A DNA stretch of 64,000 nt from Hormiphora californensis. Lineage: Eukaryota; Animalia; Ctenophora. The notes beneath the pieces are model-generated. The model searched no databases and was not told the DNA's origin. It saw nothing but the letters and a program-made list of their open reading frames with translations. Positions 44,262 to 56,516 of the stretch are shown here, in pieces. A program made the translations under genes and the position numbers. The stretch covers positions 7,068,001-7,132,000 of the forward strand of contig CM035352.1 in assembly GCA_020137815.1 (NCBI GenBank), written 5' to 3'. Each line of letters opens with the position of its first letter. Position 1 is the stretch's first letter.

Positions 44262-47200
44262 TTAGGATGTCAGCTTTACTGGAGGATAACCTGAAACAAG
44301 GGGGAAGGGTTGATTAAGAAAACAGAGAGGCACTGGAACAGGAAAAGAAGTGTTTTTACATTAGTGGACAGTGGTTCTGGATGCTAATGGTATTGATCAA
44401 GTACCTTGAGGGCATCCCTGGGATATGATGAACCGCTGAGCAGCCTGTATCGAATCTGAAAACAGAGGTTAGATCAAATCACGCTTTGGAAATATGGGCG
44501 TGAACAAGTAATGGAGGTGGTCACTGGTCGGGATCTGGCGGCAAGGATTTAAATTGGGGGGATATTGAAATTTGGCTGAAACCCCCTTAAAAACGTCTGA
44601 GATAGTTCAATTCGACTATTAGAACTACTACATTGCATTGTTGATTTCTTAAATCGAGGTCCTTTTTTGGTGTTATTGAGCAATGGATGAAACAAGTTGG
44701 GCAGTGTAACTGTACGTACCACATCCAGTTAGGACCCTCCATCTAGCAGTATATCCACCCCAGCAGTCTTGCATGCCAGTACATAACTCTGTAGGGACTC
44801 GCAGTGGGCACTCCACTGCCCTTCAAATGGATTGTTAACTGTGACCCGTTGACAGGATCTTTTGAACTGGTCTGGTGTAACCTAGGGGTTGAATTGAATT
44901 GTTCAGAGGTTGTTATTGCTAGTTTTTAGGGAAGGTACTATACAATTTAGTAATCGTATGCATTGTCTAGTGCCTGACCCTATCCCTGTACTTCAATTCT
45001 CTTTAAATTATTGTGAGTCCATACCGTGCTAGCACAAACGGCTATTTCTGGTAGGTTGAAGATGGGATCACAGACTGCTGAGCCTGCTTCTTCGTTCTCT
45101 ATCTCCGAGCCATAGTTCATACACTGCTGCCTGAATTAGTTGTTACTCAACAAGAGATCGGTGGGTTTGGGATCAATTAGTTAATCCTTGATTTAATTGT
45201 TTTGGTTTCTTGGAAAAGGTGGTAATTCGGGGTACAAGCAGGTGAAACTAGTAAACACAACCCTTCCACAGCTAACTAATAAACACAACCCTTCACAAAT
45301 CACAGCTCTATTCAGTCCTTTTTACCTGTTAATCGTGAGCTTCCAACTCGATACGAACTGGTACACATCACTAACAGTCCCATCCCACCGACTCTCTAAT
45401 GAGGGGGTGCCCGAATTGTGGCCGCATATCCCACACGTTGTCTCGTCAGTAATTATCTGGAGACCTAAACGGAGAGAGAGAGGAATTGAGCGTAATAAGC
45501 ACTTCCAATCCCTAACATTTAGTTTAGTTCGGTTCCCTCACATTTACAGGGTGTCCCACTGTCTTTGCGTGACCTGTGATTTTGGGTGATGAGTGGGTTC
45601 CATTCAAATGCTCATAACTCATCGAAAAATAGGTCAAAACGGCTCAACCAAAAACAGTGTTGTAGAGAATTTTCAGGCGAACATTTGGGTACAAGATTGA
45701 TGTTCCAAGTCTTACCAACCGTCAGATATATCGTCTTAAAGTCAAAAATACGTGTTCATGAAATCCGACCGAGGTTCACGTTTTGAAAAATTCACAAATG
45801 CAAAGTTGCTCGGATCACATTGCATCCCTCATAAGAGTTGTAGGAAATTGTCTGGCGGTCATTTTGGTACCCGGGTTTTTGTCCTAGCTCAATGTTTACA
45901 GTGTCTTATGACTGTCAGAACTGGAATTTTCACAAAATTGGTCTCAGGTATCGCATTACATTTTGCCCTGTTATGAAGCTCATTGCTGCTTGAATAACTT
46001 CTTAGTGCATGATAGGGTTGAGATAGACCACTTGTGTATCCTACACATTAACAGGTGCCTTGCCAAATCGTCATAACAACCCTGTCAAGTGTCTCGATGA
46101 AATTGAGACGATATGTGCTGATTATCATGGGATTACACACGACACCGAGCCACCTAATTAGGGGTTGTGAGCCGATACCAACTAAGACTCAGCATAGAAA
46201 AATCTTCATGTTCCTACAGTCATAACGCAACTAAAACGTAGAGCTATGGAAAAAATCATGGTATCAAAATGAACCTTAGACGATTCCAATGAAGCTCTTG
46301 TAAATTTCAAACCATTTTACCCATTTGTTGATGACACGTGATCCCCTCAAAAATTTTGGTTGAATTTCGTCTTTAGACAGTCATAAGGCACTCTAAACAT
46401 TGAGCTAGCACAAAAATCCGGGTACCAAAATGACCGCCAGACAATTTCCTACAACTCTTATGAGGGATGCAATGTGATCCGAGCAACTTTGCATTTGTGA
46501 ATTTTTCAAAACGTGAACCACGGTCGGATTTCATGAACACGTATTTTTGACTTTAAGACGATATATCTGACGGTTGGTAAGACTTGAAACATCAATCTTG
46601 TACCCAAATGTTCGCCTGACAATTCTCTACAACACTGTTTTTGGTTGAGCCGTTTTGACCTATTTTTCGATGAGTTATGAGCATTTGAATGGAACCCACT
46701 CATCACCCAAAATCACAGGTCACGCAAAGACAGTGGGACACCCTGTAGTATTCGTAGTTGAAAACAGTGGCCTAATTTTTGAGCGGCTCAGGTTTCTCTC
46801 ATGGTTTACACCTGGTCTTGGTTCACTTGTCTCCCGCTACGGTTTACTTACTATCATATCCATTCCATCTAAATGAGTTCTTTCCAAAGAATGTGACAGT
46901 TTGTATCATCCCATCGAATTGTATCAGGATATTATCACTGTATCTGACGTTCTGGCCTGCCTTGTGGAGGAGTTTCTTCCCCTGGTTGTTTATCACCCAT
47001 CCCCGCTGGAACTGGAGGATCTCGAATCTAGGGGGGTTAGGTGGGAGAGTGAGAGGGAGAGAGAGGGATGGAAGGAGCCGTGGGAGAGTGAGAGGGATAT
47101 ATAGAGAGGGATGGAAGGAGCCGTCTAATAGAAACCATGATGTTTGTTTTGGTAGAATTAGAACAGTGATTTGAAGGCATTACAGCCAATGCATAGCTCT

Positions 47201-48857
47201 TAAAATTTCATATTTTCTACTGTCTTTATGAACATTAAGTTAGTGTGTAATTATGTAGTTTATTTAGTTTAATTAGTTTAATTAGTGTAATTAGTGTTCT
47301 TCTTCTTCGAGTGTCGGGTGAGAGACTCTAAAGAACTATCGCAACTTTCCTCAGACATTAGTCTTACCCAAGAATTAGAGTCACATCAGTGAGACATGAA
47401 GCTGTTCCGCAGGGTACAAAGGTCCCATACACAAACCAGGATGCAGTCATACAGTCCATTGCCAGTACATAGGTACACACTCCGTTCTGGTCGTACCTGG
47501 GGGAGGGAGAGTAGTGGTTAGAGCGGTCATAGCTGGACTTGTGGAGTGGTGGTCAATGGCATGGAGTTAGTGGGTCTCACCTGTACGTGTGGAGTTAGTG
47601 GGTCTCACCTGTACGTGTGGAGTTAGTGGGTCTCACCTGTACGTGTGGAATTAGAGTGGGAGAGGATTGGAGGGGTGGTCAAAGTGGGAGTACTTAGAGG
47701 TGTTGAGGCCTATGAACTATGAACTGAACTACAGAATATAAATGCCCGTAAAGAGTCCATTAGATGCTTTTAGTATGCTATACTGTCCATGCCCAATGGC
47801 ATTGCCCATACCCGTTTTTCTTCAGACAACTATTGGGTGAGGCCTAATGGTGTCTTCAGTACTACTTTGGTTACGAAGTCACCCCTGTTATTATATTCCA
47901 ATATTAACGCGGAGGGGTAATTTCATTACCAATATAATACCCCGGGCAAGTCAGAAAAAGTTTGACACAGAAATACAGATGTATTTGAAATACATCTGTA
48001 TATAATTGAAAAACACCTGTATTTCTGTGTCGAGCAATTCTTCCGACCTGTTTGAAACTACACGTACCAAAGGTTGTCGAACGTCTTAGTACTTCCATCG
48101 CCCAGAACGACACATGTACTACCCTCGAACACCCTCGTATTCTCCTCCGTGGCGTCCTCTCCATCATCCTGATCTGTGGGATCTTCCTGTAATAGAGTTC
48201 ATTAGCTTCTCTCTCTCCTATTAGTTAAAGTAAAGATCTCACTTCGTGCTCTCTCCTAGTAAAAGTAACGATCTCACTTCGTAGAGCGTCATTGTCTCTC
48301 CTAGTAAAAGTAACGATCTCACTTCACACAGAGCTTCATGTCTTTCGTGGATTTAGCAAATTAAACAAAAGTAATCCCGCTTTGATCTTTGGGCTCTTGT
48401 AAAGATGGTCTGAGCAAGCCAACCCTCCTTCTAATTCTAATCCCTAATTCTTAAATCATGAATAATTTACAGTCATACTCCACATAATACTCTTTGTACT
48501 TTTTCTCCCGGGTCTATTAGTCGTAACTTGTCTTTTACTTAGCAGCTGTAAATGTCTCAATTTCCATACAAATTAGAAAGATAAGAACAACGTGTAATTA
48601 GCATAAACGTCCGTGATAGCAGATAACTATATAAATAAAAAGGCAAAAGAGTTATAGTTTTGACTTTCGATTTCCCGAGATGTGTGCTCTCAAACACCTT
48701 ATACTATCAGTGATAGTATAGTGATAAGAACCCTTAATAGTTTTACTGATTGCTAACATCGAGAGATACTGGTTTCACTGACGGGTACCGAATCATCAAG
48801 CTATAACACCATTGTCTCGATTCAATGAACCATGGATAATTGTTATCTCTCTATCTC

Positions 48858-48954
<97 letters not shown>

Positions 48955-48960
48955 ATCTCG

Positions 48961-49046
<86 letters not shown>

Positions 49047-52000
49047 CAGTCTTGACTCTTGACTAGACTTTATTGATCGGTCCAAGCCTGTCACTGTGTA
49101 TCCGATATTCTGATAACATGTAATGTCTCCTTCTTTACGTAGGCGGTCGCCTGTCACTGTCTGCAATATTAAACTAAAGTCATTTCTATACTCTGTCTCT
49201 CTACCTTATCGCAATTCGTATTATTTCTTGGGCCGTAAGTTAGTTTACTAATATATATAGTTACTTGAAATTCTTTCTATACTCTGCCTTATCACAATTC
49301 GAACCTGTCAGGCCAATTCTCTGACGGAGCACGGTTCTTGTGCGCTCCGAAAGAAACGAGAATAGGGTCAGGCCAATGCTGACAGATTGGTACCTTGTAT
49401 CGTAGTGTGGTGGTGCTCCCCACCAGTTCCCTGTTCTGTGCATACGCCCCGGGACAATGATGGGCCACACAATGTACCGTCTGCTCTCTCTTCACTAGCA
49501 TCTCTAGCACCTCTCCCTCTCCTATCGTGTCTCCATTATCCGTCCTCCATCTAGGACATGAAGGAGTTGTTACTCAACAAGGCATTAAGGAAAGTTATAT
49601 TTGGAAAGTTGCATTTTCAATCAGTGCAGTTTTGATAAATCCAAATGCAACTGATTGAAAATGCAACTTTCCGAATATAATCATTTATCAGACCTTTATT
49701 TTGTTTCGATTTCACTTTTTTGAAGCTGAGATATTTGCTGAAATCTCTTTACCTTCCTATATATCAGTAGGTTTTGTATCACTTACATAATATCGGGTGG
49801 TGGTCCGGGGTTTCCACCTGCTGGTTCTGCTTTACAGGACAGGGTAACGCTCTCTCCTCTCTCCACTTCAACCGTCTCTTCCGGGACTACCGTGAACTCG
49901 GGCAAATCTGGGGGATTCAATTACATTGTTCAGACTTTCGATCGACTCTCTCTCGGGAGACCTCCGACGGGTCCCTGAGTCAGTACAAACCGTTCAACAA
50001 TTACATAGTCTTAAAAAACGTTTAAGTGTTAAATGATATGGGGCTTTAGTAATTAATATTTTTGTCATTTAGATTAACGTGCTGCCTCAAATGTCATTTA
50101 GTTTAATCTGTCAAATTTCCCATCAAGTTGTGAGGGAGAATGTTAAAAGATGAGAGTTAATAATGGAAATAGATAGGGTGGTAATATGAAATATTCAATC
50201 CAATAGTTTCAGGAACTTTTGAGTTTATCAAAGCTGTATGGGTTTATGTCATCCCTATATTCATTTTGTGCTTCCGAGAAAACTAAAAAAAGGACTGAGA
50301 GGGTTACGTAAATGTACTAACCAAATTCTCCACAAATAAAGTTCTTGAAAAGGGTTATGTTCCTTCCAAAGAGACATCTCTCCTCATTAATAGCACACTC
50401 CCCAATATAAACGGCACAGTCGGAACCACACACTAGGGGCTGGTTGAATGATTCACAGTATTCACACACGCACTCAAAGGTCCCGGATTTGTAGTCAGGC
50501 TCACAGGTGGTACCAGGTTCACATTGGGCCTCCTCGCAGATATCTGCAGTTGGAGGAGATGTGTTAGAGACTCTGCAGAATAGACTCGAAGAAGACGGAG
50601 AAGAAGGGAGGATTAGAGAGGTATGCGGGGAGGAAGATTAGAGGGTTGAGAAGGGAAACTAAGATAGATTCAGAGAGAGGATTAGAGGGTGAGTGGAGAA
50701 GAGAAACCGAGATAGATTCAGAGAGAGGATTAGAGGGTGAGTGGAGAAGGGAAACCGAGATAGATTCAGAGAGAGGTACCCTCAATAATAAGTCTTGTAC
50801 TGACTATTGTTACAATGATAGAGGACGATGAACTCACTCCTAAGAGCTATATAACATGGACAATAACAATAGAAAATACATGTATAAGCTATTGTTCAGT
50901 TATATTATAATGCTAGGCATTATATGAGCCATGGTCAATCGAGTTATATCAGTGTGTGCCAGACAGATTCAACAGAAAGTTGGCTTTGTTAGTGTCCTTG
51001 TTACACATGCATGCGTCTTGGTTATTGTTAATTTTAAATGTCATCGCCGTTTTAAATTTTCCTTTCCAAGTACAATGCGTAGCAATACAGTTAAACAAGT
51101 TGATGAATTTATTTACAGATGGGCTCTGTACTGTTTACATCCTCCTACTGTGCCTAGATAATTTTAAAGGAAAGTCTACATAATTGTACAAACAACACCC
51201 TCTAAATAAGTACATAACATGTGTGTCAGTTAGTTATAATGTGCACGTGTTTTTTACTGTTTTATATTACACATGGGTACTCCTAATGCTAATGTATATC
51301 TTATCGGTAGTGTTCCATTTATATCGTGACTTCTACAGCTATACACAATTGTTTGCTCACAATACGTAATCTCATCTGTCATGACTAGGCTCTTTTATAT
51401 CAATGAGAATTAAGAAACATATTTTATCTCGGTTTATTGATAGAAATTAATAGACAACTGAGAGACAATGAAGTTATGGAAGGGAAAGAAATTACATGTC
51501 AGTTTCGTCGATCATCGACATCATCAGGAAACGGATAAAATTAATTTGTTTCAAGTAGTTGATTGATCCAAACTTTTTAACAAAACTAATTTGAGCCGTT
51601 TTCTAATGAAGTCGATAATCGATGAAATTGTCAAAATTTCTTTCCGTGCAATAACTTCATTGTCTCTGTTGTCTATGAACTTGTATCAACTAATCGAAGT
51701 TGTAATGATCGTCTGATGATTGGTCTTGTAATTGCCATGAATCTTTCGTAACGTAAGAAATCGTTTTCTTTTGATTTTTTGTTATTTAGCTCTCTCTAAA
51801 AGGATAGAGCACTGTATCGCCGCGTCTAGCAAACATTGGATTATGAAGTTGTAATGAGACTAATTGTATATCTAGCGTGGCAACACGTGAACTTCATATC
51901 TCTGCTATATTTGCATATCATAGGCTGTAATTCTGAATTGATCGCGGGACCTCAATTGACGTGAATTCATCACGACTAGATGAAAACAATGGTATCGCAA

Positions 52001-54876
52001 GTCCATTGATTTATTTGGCTCAAGGTGTTATTACATCTATCTTCGTAAGACATGTACTAAAACACCCCTCTTACTTTGAGAATTCTCTAAACGTCGTACT
52101 ATGATAGTTCTTAGCTAAGATCGGGAATAATTAATATATTGCCTTAAATTTATGATTTATTGTTTGATGATCGTTATTTGTACATTATCAATCGACAAAC
52201 AATAGCAGATGCATTACAATTAGCATGCAATGTGTTTCATACCTTTGACTGTAACATATGTATCCGCATAACTAACACCTTGGTTGTTTTTGGCAACACA
52301 TCTATGGGGGAGTTTGGTAATCAAGGGGGTAACCAAGGGGGTAACCGAGAGGGGATTAGGAGAAGAATTATTAAAATGTGTTAATAGCTATGGGGGGAGG
52401 TTCACATTCAAATTAGGAAACAGGGGAGTAGGAGGTACAGGGAGGAATTTTTATAATATTTTTTCCCTTCCCGGGTAAATGCCGAAGGCATTCACCCGGA
52501 TGATCTTTTTAGCACGCACGTTTAGTTTATAGGTCCTAATTGTGAGCGACTAGAACGTTGACGCAGGTCTTTATACTGCATCTTAGAAGCAGGGAGTTTA
52601 AGGTAATTCTTGTTAATCTTCAAAAAGAAAATGGCTCAAATATGAGAATCACGGACCAGCATGAACAAAGCCGCGTCAGAATATTCTTGTGTTGATCCCA
52701 TGTACTAAAAAGAATTCCAAATGATTCCCCACCACTTCAACTCCTAACTCTTTTAGATATACAGTCGGACCCCGATTTAGTGGCCCCCGATTTAGTGGCA
52801 CCCCGATTTTACGATTTAGTGGCAGGATTTTCCCCCCCGATATACGAAAATTAACATTATTTGAACCCGATTTAGTGGCACCCCGATTTAGTGGCAGGAT
52901 TTTTTCCCCCGAGGATGCCACTAAATCGGGGTCCGACTGTATATTCTCGTCGCTAGTTATATGATATTGCCTTATCCCACATATATTGCTCTATCCCGCA
53001 TAAAAGGCGCTCAATTAATCATCTCTTAGATAATTAATTATTTTTGGATGAGAACCATGGTTAACGATTGGGGGCCTACTAGTACATACAAGCTGCTCGG
53101 TTAATACTTATAGTAGGTGCAAAAATAAAGAACTTAAATATTTTTTCCCTGCCCGGGATGATGCTTGTAAATTGCAAGGTGCCTCCGTCTTCTTTTTAGT
53201 GCCAGTCGCCGGGGTGGGTAATCTGGCGACGGTACCAAATGACTCATCTACACTATTTGTGTTTGCCGCCGACTTCAGTCTGTGCACACTGGGTAACCGT
53301 AAAATTTTTCATTATTTCTGGAACTATGTTATGTTCCAACCCTCCTTTTACCGGGGCGCGAGAGGGAGGAGCAAGAACATGTATACCTGAAGTGTCCAAG
53401 CAAAGCAAGAACACATACCTGAAGTGTCCACCGTCGTACAACTGAGCATTTGGCTGTTTGAAGGTGTTCTGAACCACTCCTTTAAGAATATCACCCTCCT
53501 CATAGAAACCATCCTGAACAGGAGACACACATTGGTTACCATGGTTACACACTGGTTACCACACTGGTTACCTGACAACACTGTAACCATGGTTACCTAT
53601 ACTAAGCAGAATCTTGATACACATCACTAAAGTGATCAAGCTGTGTTAGACATTAACCTGTAATGGTGAGAGATCTGAGTACTCGACATACTGGACCTCC
53701 ACTAAAGGCATTGGAGCTCCCTCCGCAAGACATTCTATCTGAATCGTCCTTCCTGGTAGTGTCACAGCGTCCGATATGAGGCTGATTATCACCGGCCTAC
53801 TTGCATCTGAGGGATAGAGATAGAGATAGGGGGAGGAGATAGAGAGAGTGAGAGGTCGATAGAGTGTTAGATAGAGATTGAGAGGTATTATAGAGATAGA
53901 GAGGTATAGAGAGATATTGAGATATTGAGAGGTAGAGAGAGATAAACATAGAGTGATAGATAGAGGTAGAGAGACATGGAGATTGAGATTGATATATTAA
54001 ATTGTGGTGAAATGTGTTTTTTGACCACGTTTCATTCGAACACATGTGGTTTGACATGTGTAGGCAGCTCCTTCATCATGATCACGCTCTATTTGATTGG
54101 TTCATGAACACCACTGCAGTGTGGTTTTCTTTATTAAACTATTACTTGCCCCTTTTTTCTTGCCTCTCAGAGGTGGGCATATATCAATCGTTATATCAAA
54201 TATCTACCCCTCACCGTACCTCTCAGAACATATCAAATATTGTAAGATATTGCATGTGTTCTCGGCACTGCAATTCGAGTACTGCAGAGAAAAAGTATTG
54301 AGCACGTGACGCGTGATGAACGCCAAGATGTCGAAATAGTCGTCATTTTGCCACACAATCAATCTCCACCATTCATTTTGTCTCCTTGTCTTTCCCTCTC
54401 ATTTTGTCTCCCTGCATCTTTCCCTCTGTCTCCCTCCCATTTTGCCACAAACAACCAATCTCTAGCATCCAGTTTGTCCCAACATTTCCCTCCGTCACAA
54501 ACCCGCCTGTCTCAAACTGTCTCTCTCTATCTCTCTGTGCACAACTGTATTCTCCCTCCCTCATTTAGACACATTATCTACTTTCTTTAGAACCTCATTT
54601 ATTGCATCCGTAGTTCTGTCACCCTTCTATTCATAACCTGCCTCCATTTTCCAGCGGAGAGAGACAGAGACAGAAACAGAGACAGAGACAGAGACAGAGA
54701 CAGAGACAGAGACAGAGACAGAGACAGAGACAGAGACAGAGACAGACACAGAGACAGACACAGAGACAGAGACAGAGACAGAGAGATCCTATACTCACCT
54801 AGATATGATACATTTTCCTCTGCCACTACCACAGAGAGAGATGAAGGGTGATCGTATGCAGCAGTACACAGATCAT
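44262..54876 (-). CDS. Secreted Ig - follistatin/Kazal - Ig - VWD - C8 mosaic protein
   Basis: Exons 54876-54799 (signal peptide), 53796-53658, 53513-53419, an unresolved exon ending 50780, 50543-50322 (CEEAQC..CVCEYC..VCGSDC), 49907-49787, 49550-49394, 49160-~49060, 48186-48068 ([13 protein letters not shown]), 47496-47368 ([11 protein letters not shown]), 47027-46852, 45464-45326 (TCGICG..FVSSW), 45130-45025, 44881-44720 (C8), 44455-44405, 44290-44262. About four small frameshifts must be assumed. Confidence 0.8.
45547..46745. mobile_element. Tc1/mariner-type non-autonomous element with ~370-bp TIRs
   Basis: TA|CAGGGTGTCCCACTG...CAGTGGGACACCCTG|TA, with arms ~45547-45916 and ~46376-46745. 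Confidence 0.92.
47562..47648. repeat. 28-bp tandem repeat, 3 copies
   Basis: Unit TGGAGTTAGTGGGTCTCACCTGTACGTG; contains CAG|GTGAG on the minus strand. Confidence 0.9.
48862..49043. repeat. (CT)n microsatellite
   Basis: Directly visible. Confidence 0.97.
49595..49680. repeat. Short palindrome, possible MITE remnant
   Basis: TTATATTTGGAAAGTTGCATTTTCAATCAGT ... ACTGATTGAAAATGCAACTTTCCGAATATAA. Confidence 0.75.
50640..50775. repeat. 48-bp purine-rich tandem repeat next to a splice donor
   Basis: Unit AGAGGGTGAGTGGAGAAGRGAAACCGAGATAGATTCAGAGAGAGGATT, about 3 copies. Confidence 0.85.
51428..51697. mobile_element. Degenerate fold-back/MITE
   Basis: Imperfect ~125-bp inverted arms, e.g. AGAGACAATGAAGTTAT / ATAACTTCATTGTCTCT. 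Confidence 0.6.
52762..52939. mobile_element. 178-bp MITE (pogo/Tc1-like, TA TSD)
   Basis: TA|CAGTCGGACCCCGATTTAGTGGC...GCCACTAAATCGGGGTCCGACTG|TA with internal CCCGATTTAGTGGC repeats. Confidence 0.92.
54656..54785. repeat. (GAGACA)n microsatellite
   Basis: Directly visible. Confidence 0.95.
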
Positions 54877-55711
54877 GCCAGTCCTCCAATTGTCGCTGAC
54901 ACGTTATTGCCCCCTAAGTGAAGGGGTCATTGTAAGATGGGGGGGGGGGGTTGATGATATGGAATTCGAGTTTATTAATAAGGGAAACTTGTTGTGTTGT
55001 AAAGGGAGAGAGAGGAAAATTGAAACAAGCTCTTCGTGGGCTGATGAAGCGGGGCAATAGAGAGTGTCGAGAAAGCCGTAAATGGGACAAGTTATATTGC
55101 TTTTGTCGCAAATACTATTTAACTTTTCATTGCAGATTGCAGCACCTCTCTCTCCCCCAGATTGCTGGAAGAGGGGGGTGTCACCGAGAGAGAATTTGCC
55201 AGGTGAAATTTGCCAAGTGGTGCTACAACATATTAATTTGTAATTGGGTTATGAGCATGACTACTTTATGTTTTTCGCGTATCCTTGCCCCTTTCCATTA
55301 TACTAGCTTTTTTCGATCATCGATTCACAAAACTTTTCTTCGTCAATGGTTTAAGTTACCGCCTGATACAATTTTAATATTAGTATTACAATTAGTATTA
55401 CATACCTTTCCACATATATCGGAGAGCGCCAGGGTAATACAATTTATTGGTTGCTCCTCCTGTCTTGCCAGTGACTGTACCCACAAAATGGTCACTGAAA
55501 CATGGTATTGGGCAATCAAATAACATGGCGTCTTGTCTCTCTTTCCATCCTTCTCTCTCCTTTTGGCTTTTCTAATGTGGCCACCTTACTTGTGCGTATA
55601 TAATAATAATAATGAAAACTCGTGCAGTTGGCTTGATGTCCCTTTTACAGGCTCCTCAAGCCACTGATGAGTGATGAACACATGTATTTCTACACGTGAG
55701 CACCTTACAAT

Positions 55712-55896
55712 TACACACTAATTAATTAGTGTGACACCTGTTATACGACTAGGTGAACCTTTGCAACGAGTACACTATCCGGGTAAATCCCCGTACCAAT
55801 CATAGCTTGGTGGACTAGACGACGTGCGCTAGACCAGAATCGAACCCTGGACCTAGCGCATGGGAGGCTAGTGTGCTACCACTACACCAATATTGC
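55712..55896 (-). mobile_element. tRNA-derived (Gly-like) SINE
   Basis: The minus strand has an A box (TGGTGTAGTGG), a CTCCCAT anticodon-like loop and a B box (GGTTCGATTCT), but a poor acceptor stem. It is followed by a SINE-core-like GTCCACCAAGCTATGATTGGTAC. The 3' boundary is approximate. Confidence 0.7.
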
Positions 55897-56390
55897 GGCA
55901 TTGTGGGTAGCCTCGAATTCTAAATCATCTATTGCAACTAGAACTATATTTTTCGCCTTACTGATACAAATGAATGCTTGTTGATACAAATGAATGCTTT
56001 GCAACCTCAAGAACCTGGCTTAGCCCCCACTAAAAACTAAATAACAGCTGTCATGTTCGTTTCACAGACACAATTATAGGGCCTAGCAAGTTGTTTATCT
56101 CACCTAATAGCAACATGTCAGAGTGGATTGAGACACTAGAGAACCAGTCCGATCTGTAGCACTATAATAGCAAAGGGGGAGATAGCAATGATATTGATAA
56201 AGGAGCAGCGAGAGAGAGCGAGAGAGGGGGAGATAGCAACGAGCAAAGGAGCTGGTCGAGCTCAGAGAGAAGGATCCCGAAGGTTATTAATCTAAAATAA
56301 TTATGCACAGGCCACAGACGCAATAGAAATAGGATCCTCCGGAGTCCGGGTGCATCTGTGCAAGTTACGGGCTTGGCAGTCTGCAACTTC

Positions 56391-56516
<126 letters not shown>

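Noticed and set aside
48812-49166. SLSL/ERER ORFs (also 23148, 33715, 37289, 54599, 56301)
   Set aside because: Microsatellite translations.
55826-55896. Functional tRNA-Gly(CCC)
   Set aside because: The acceptor stem does not pair and a SINE-like body follows.
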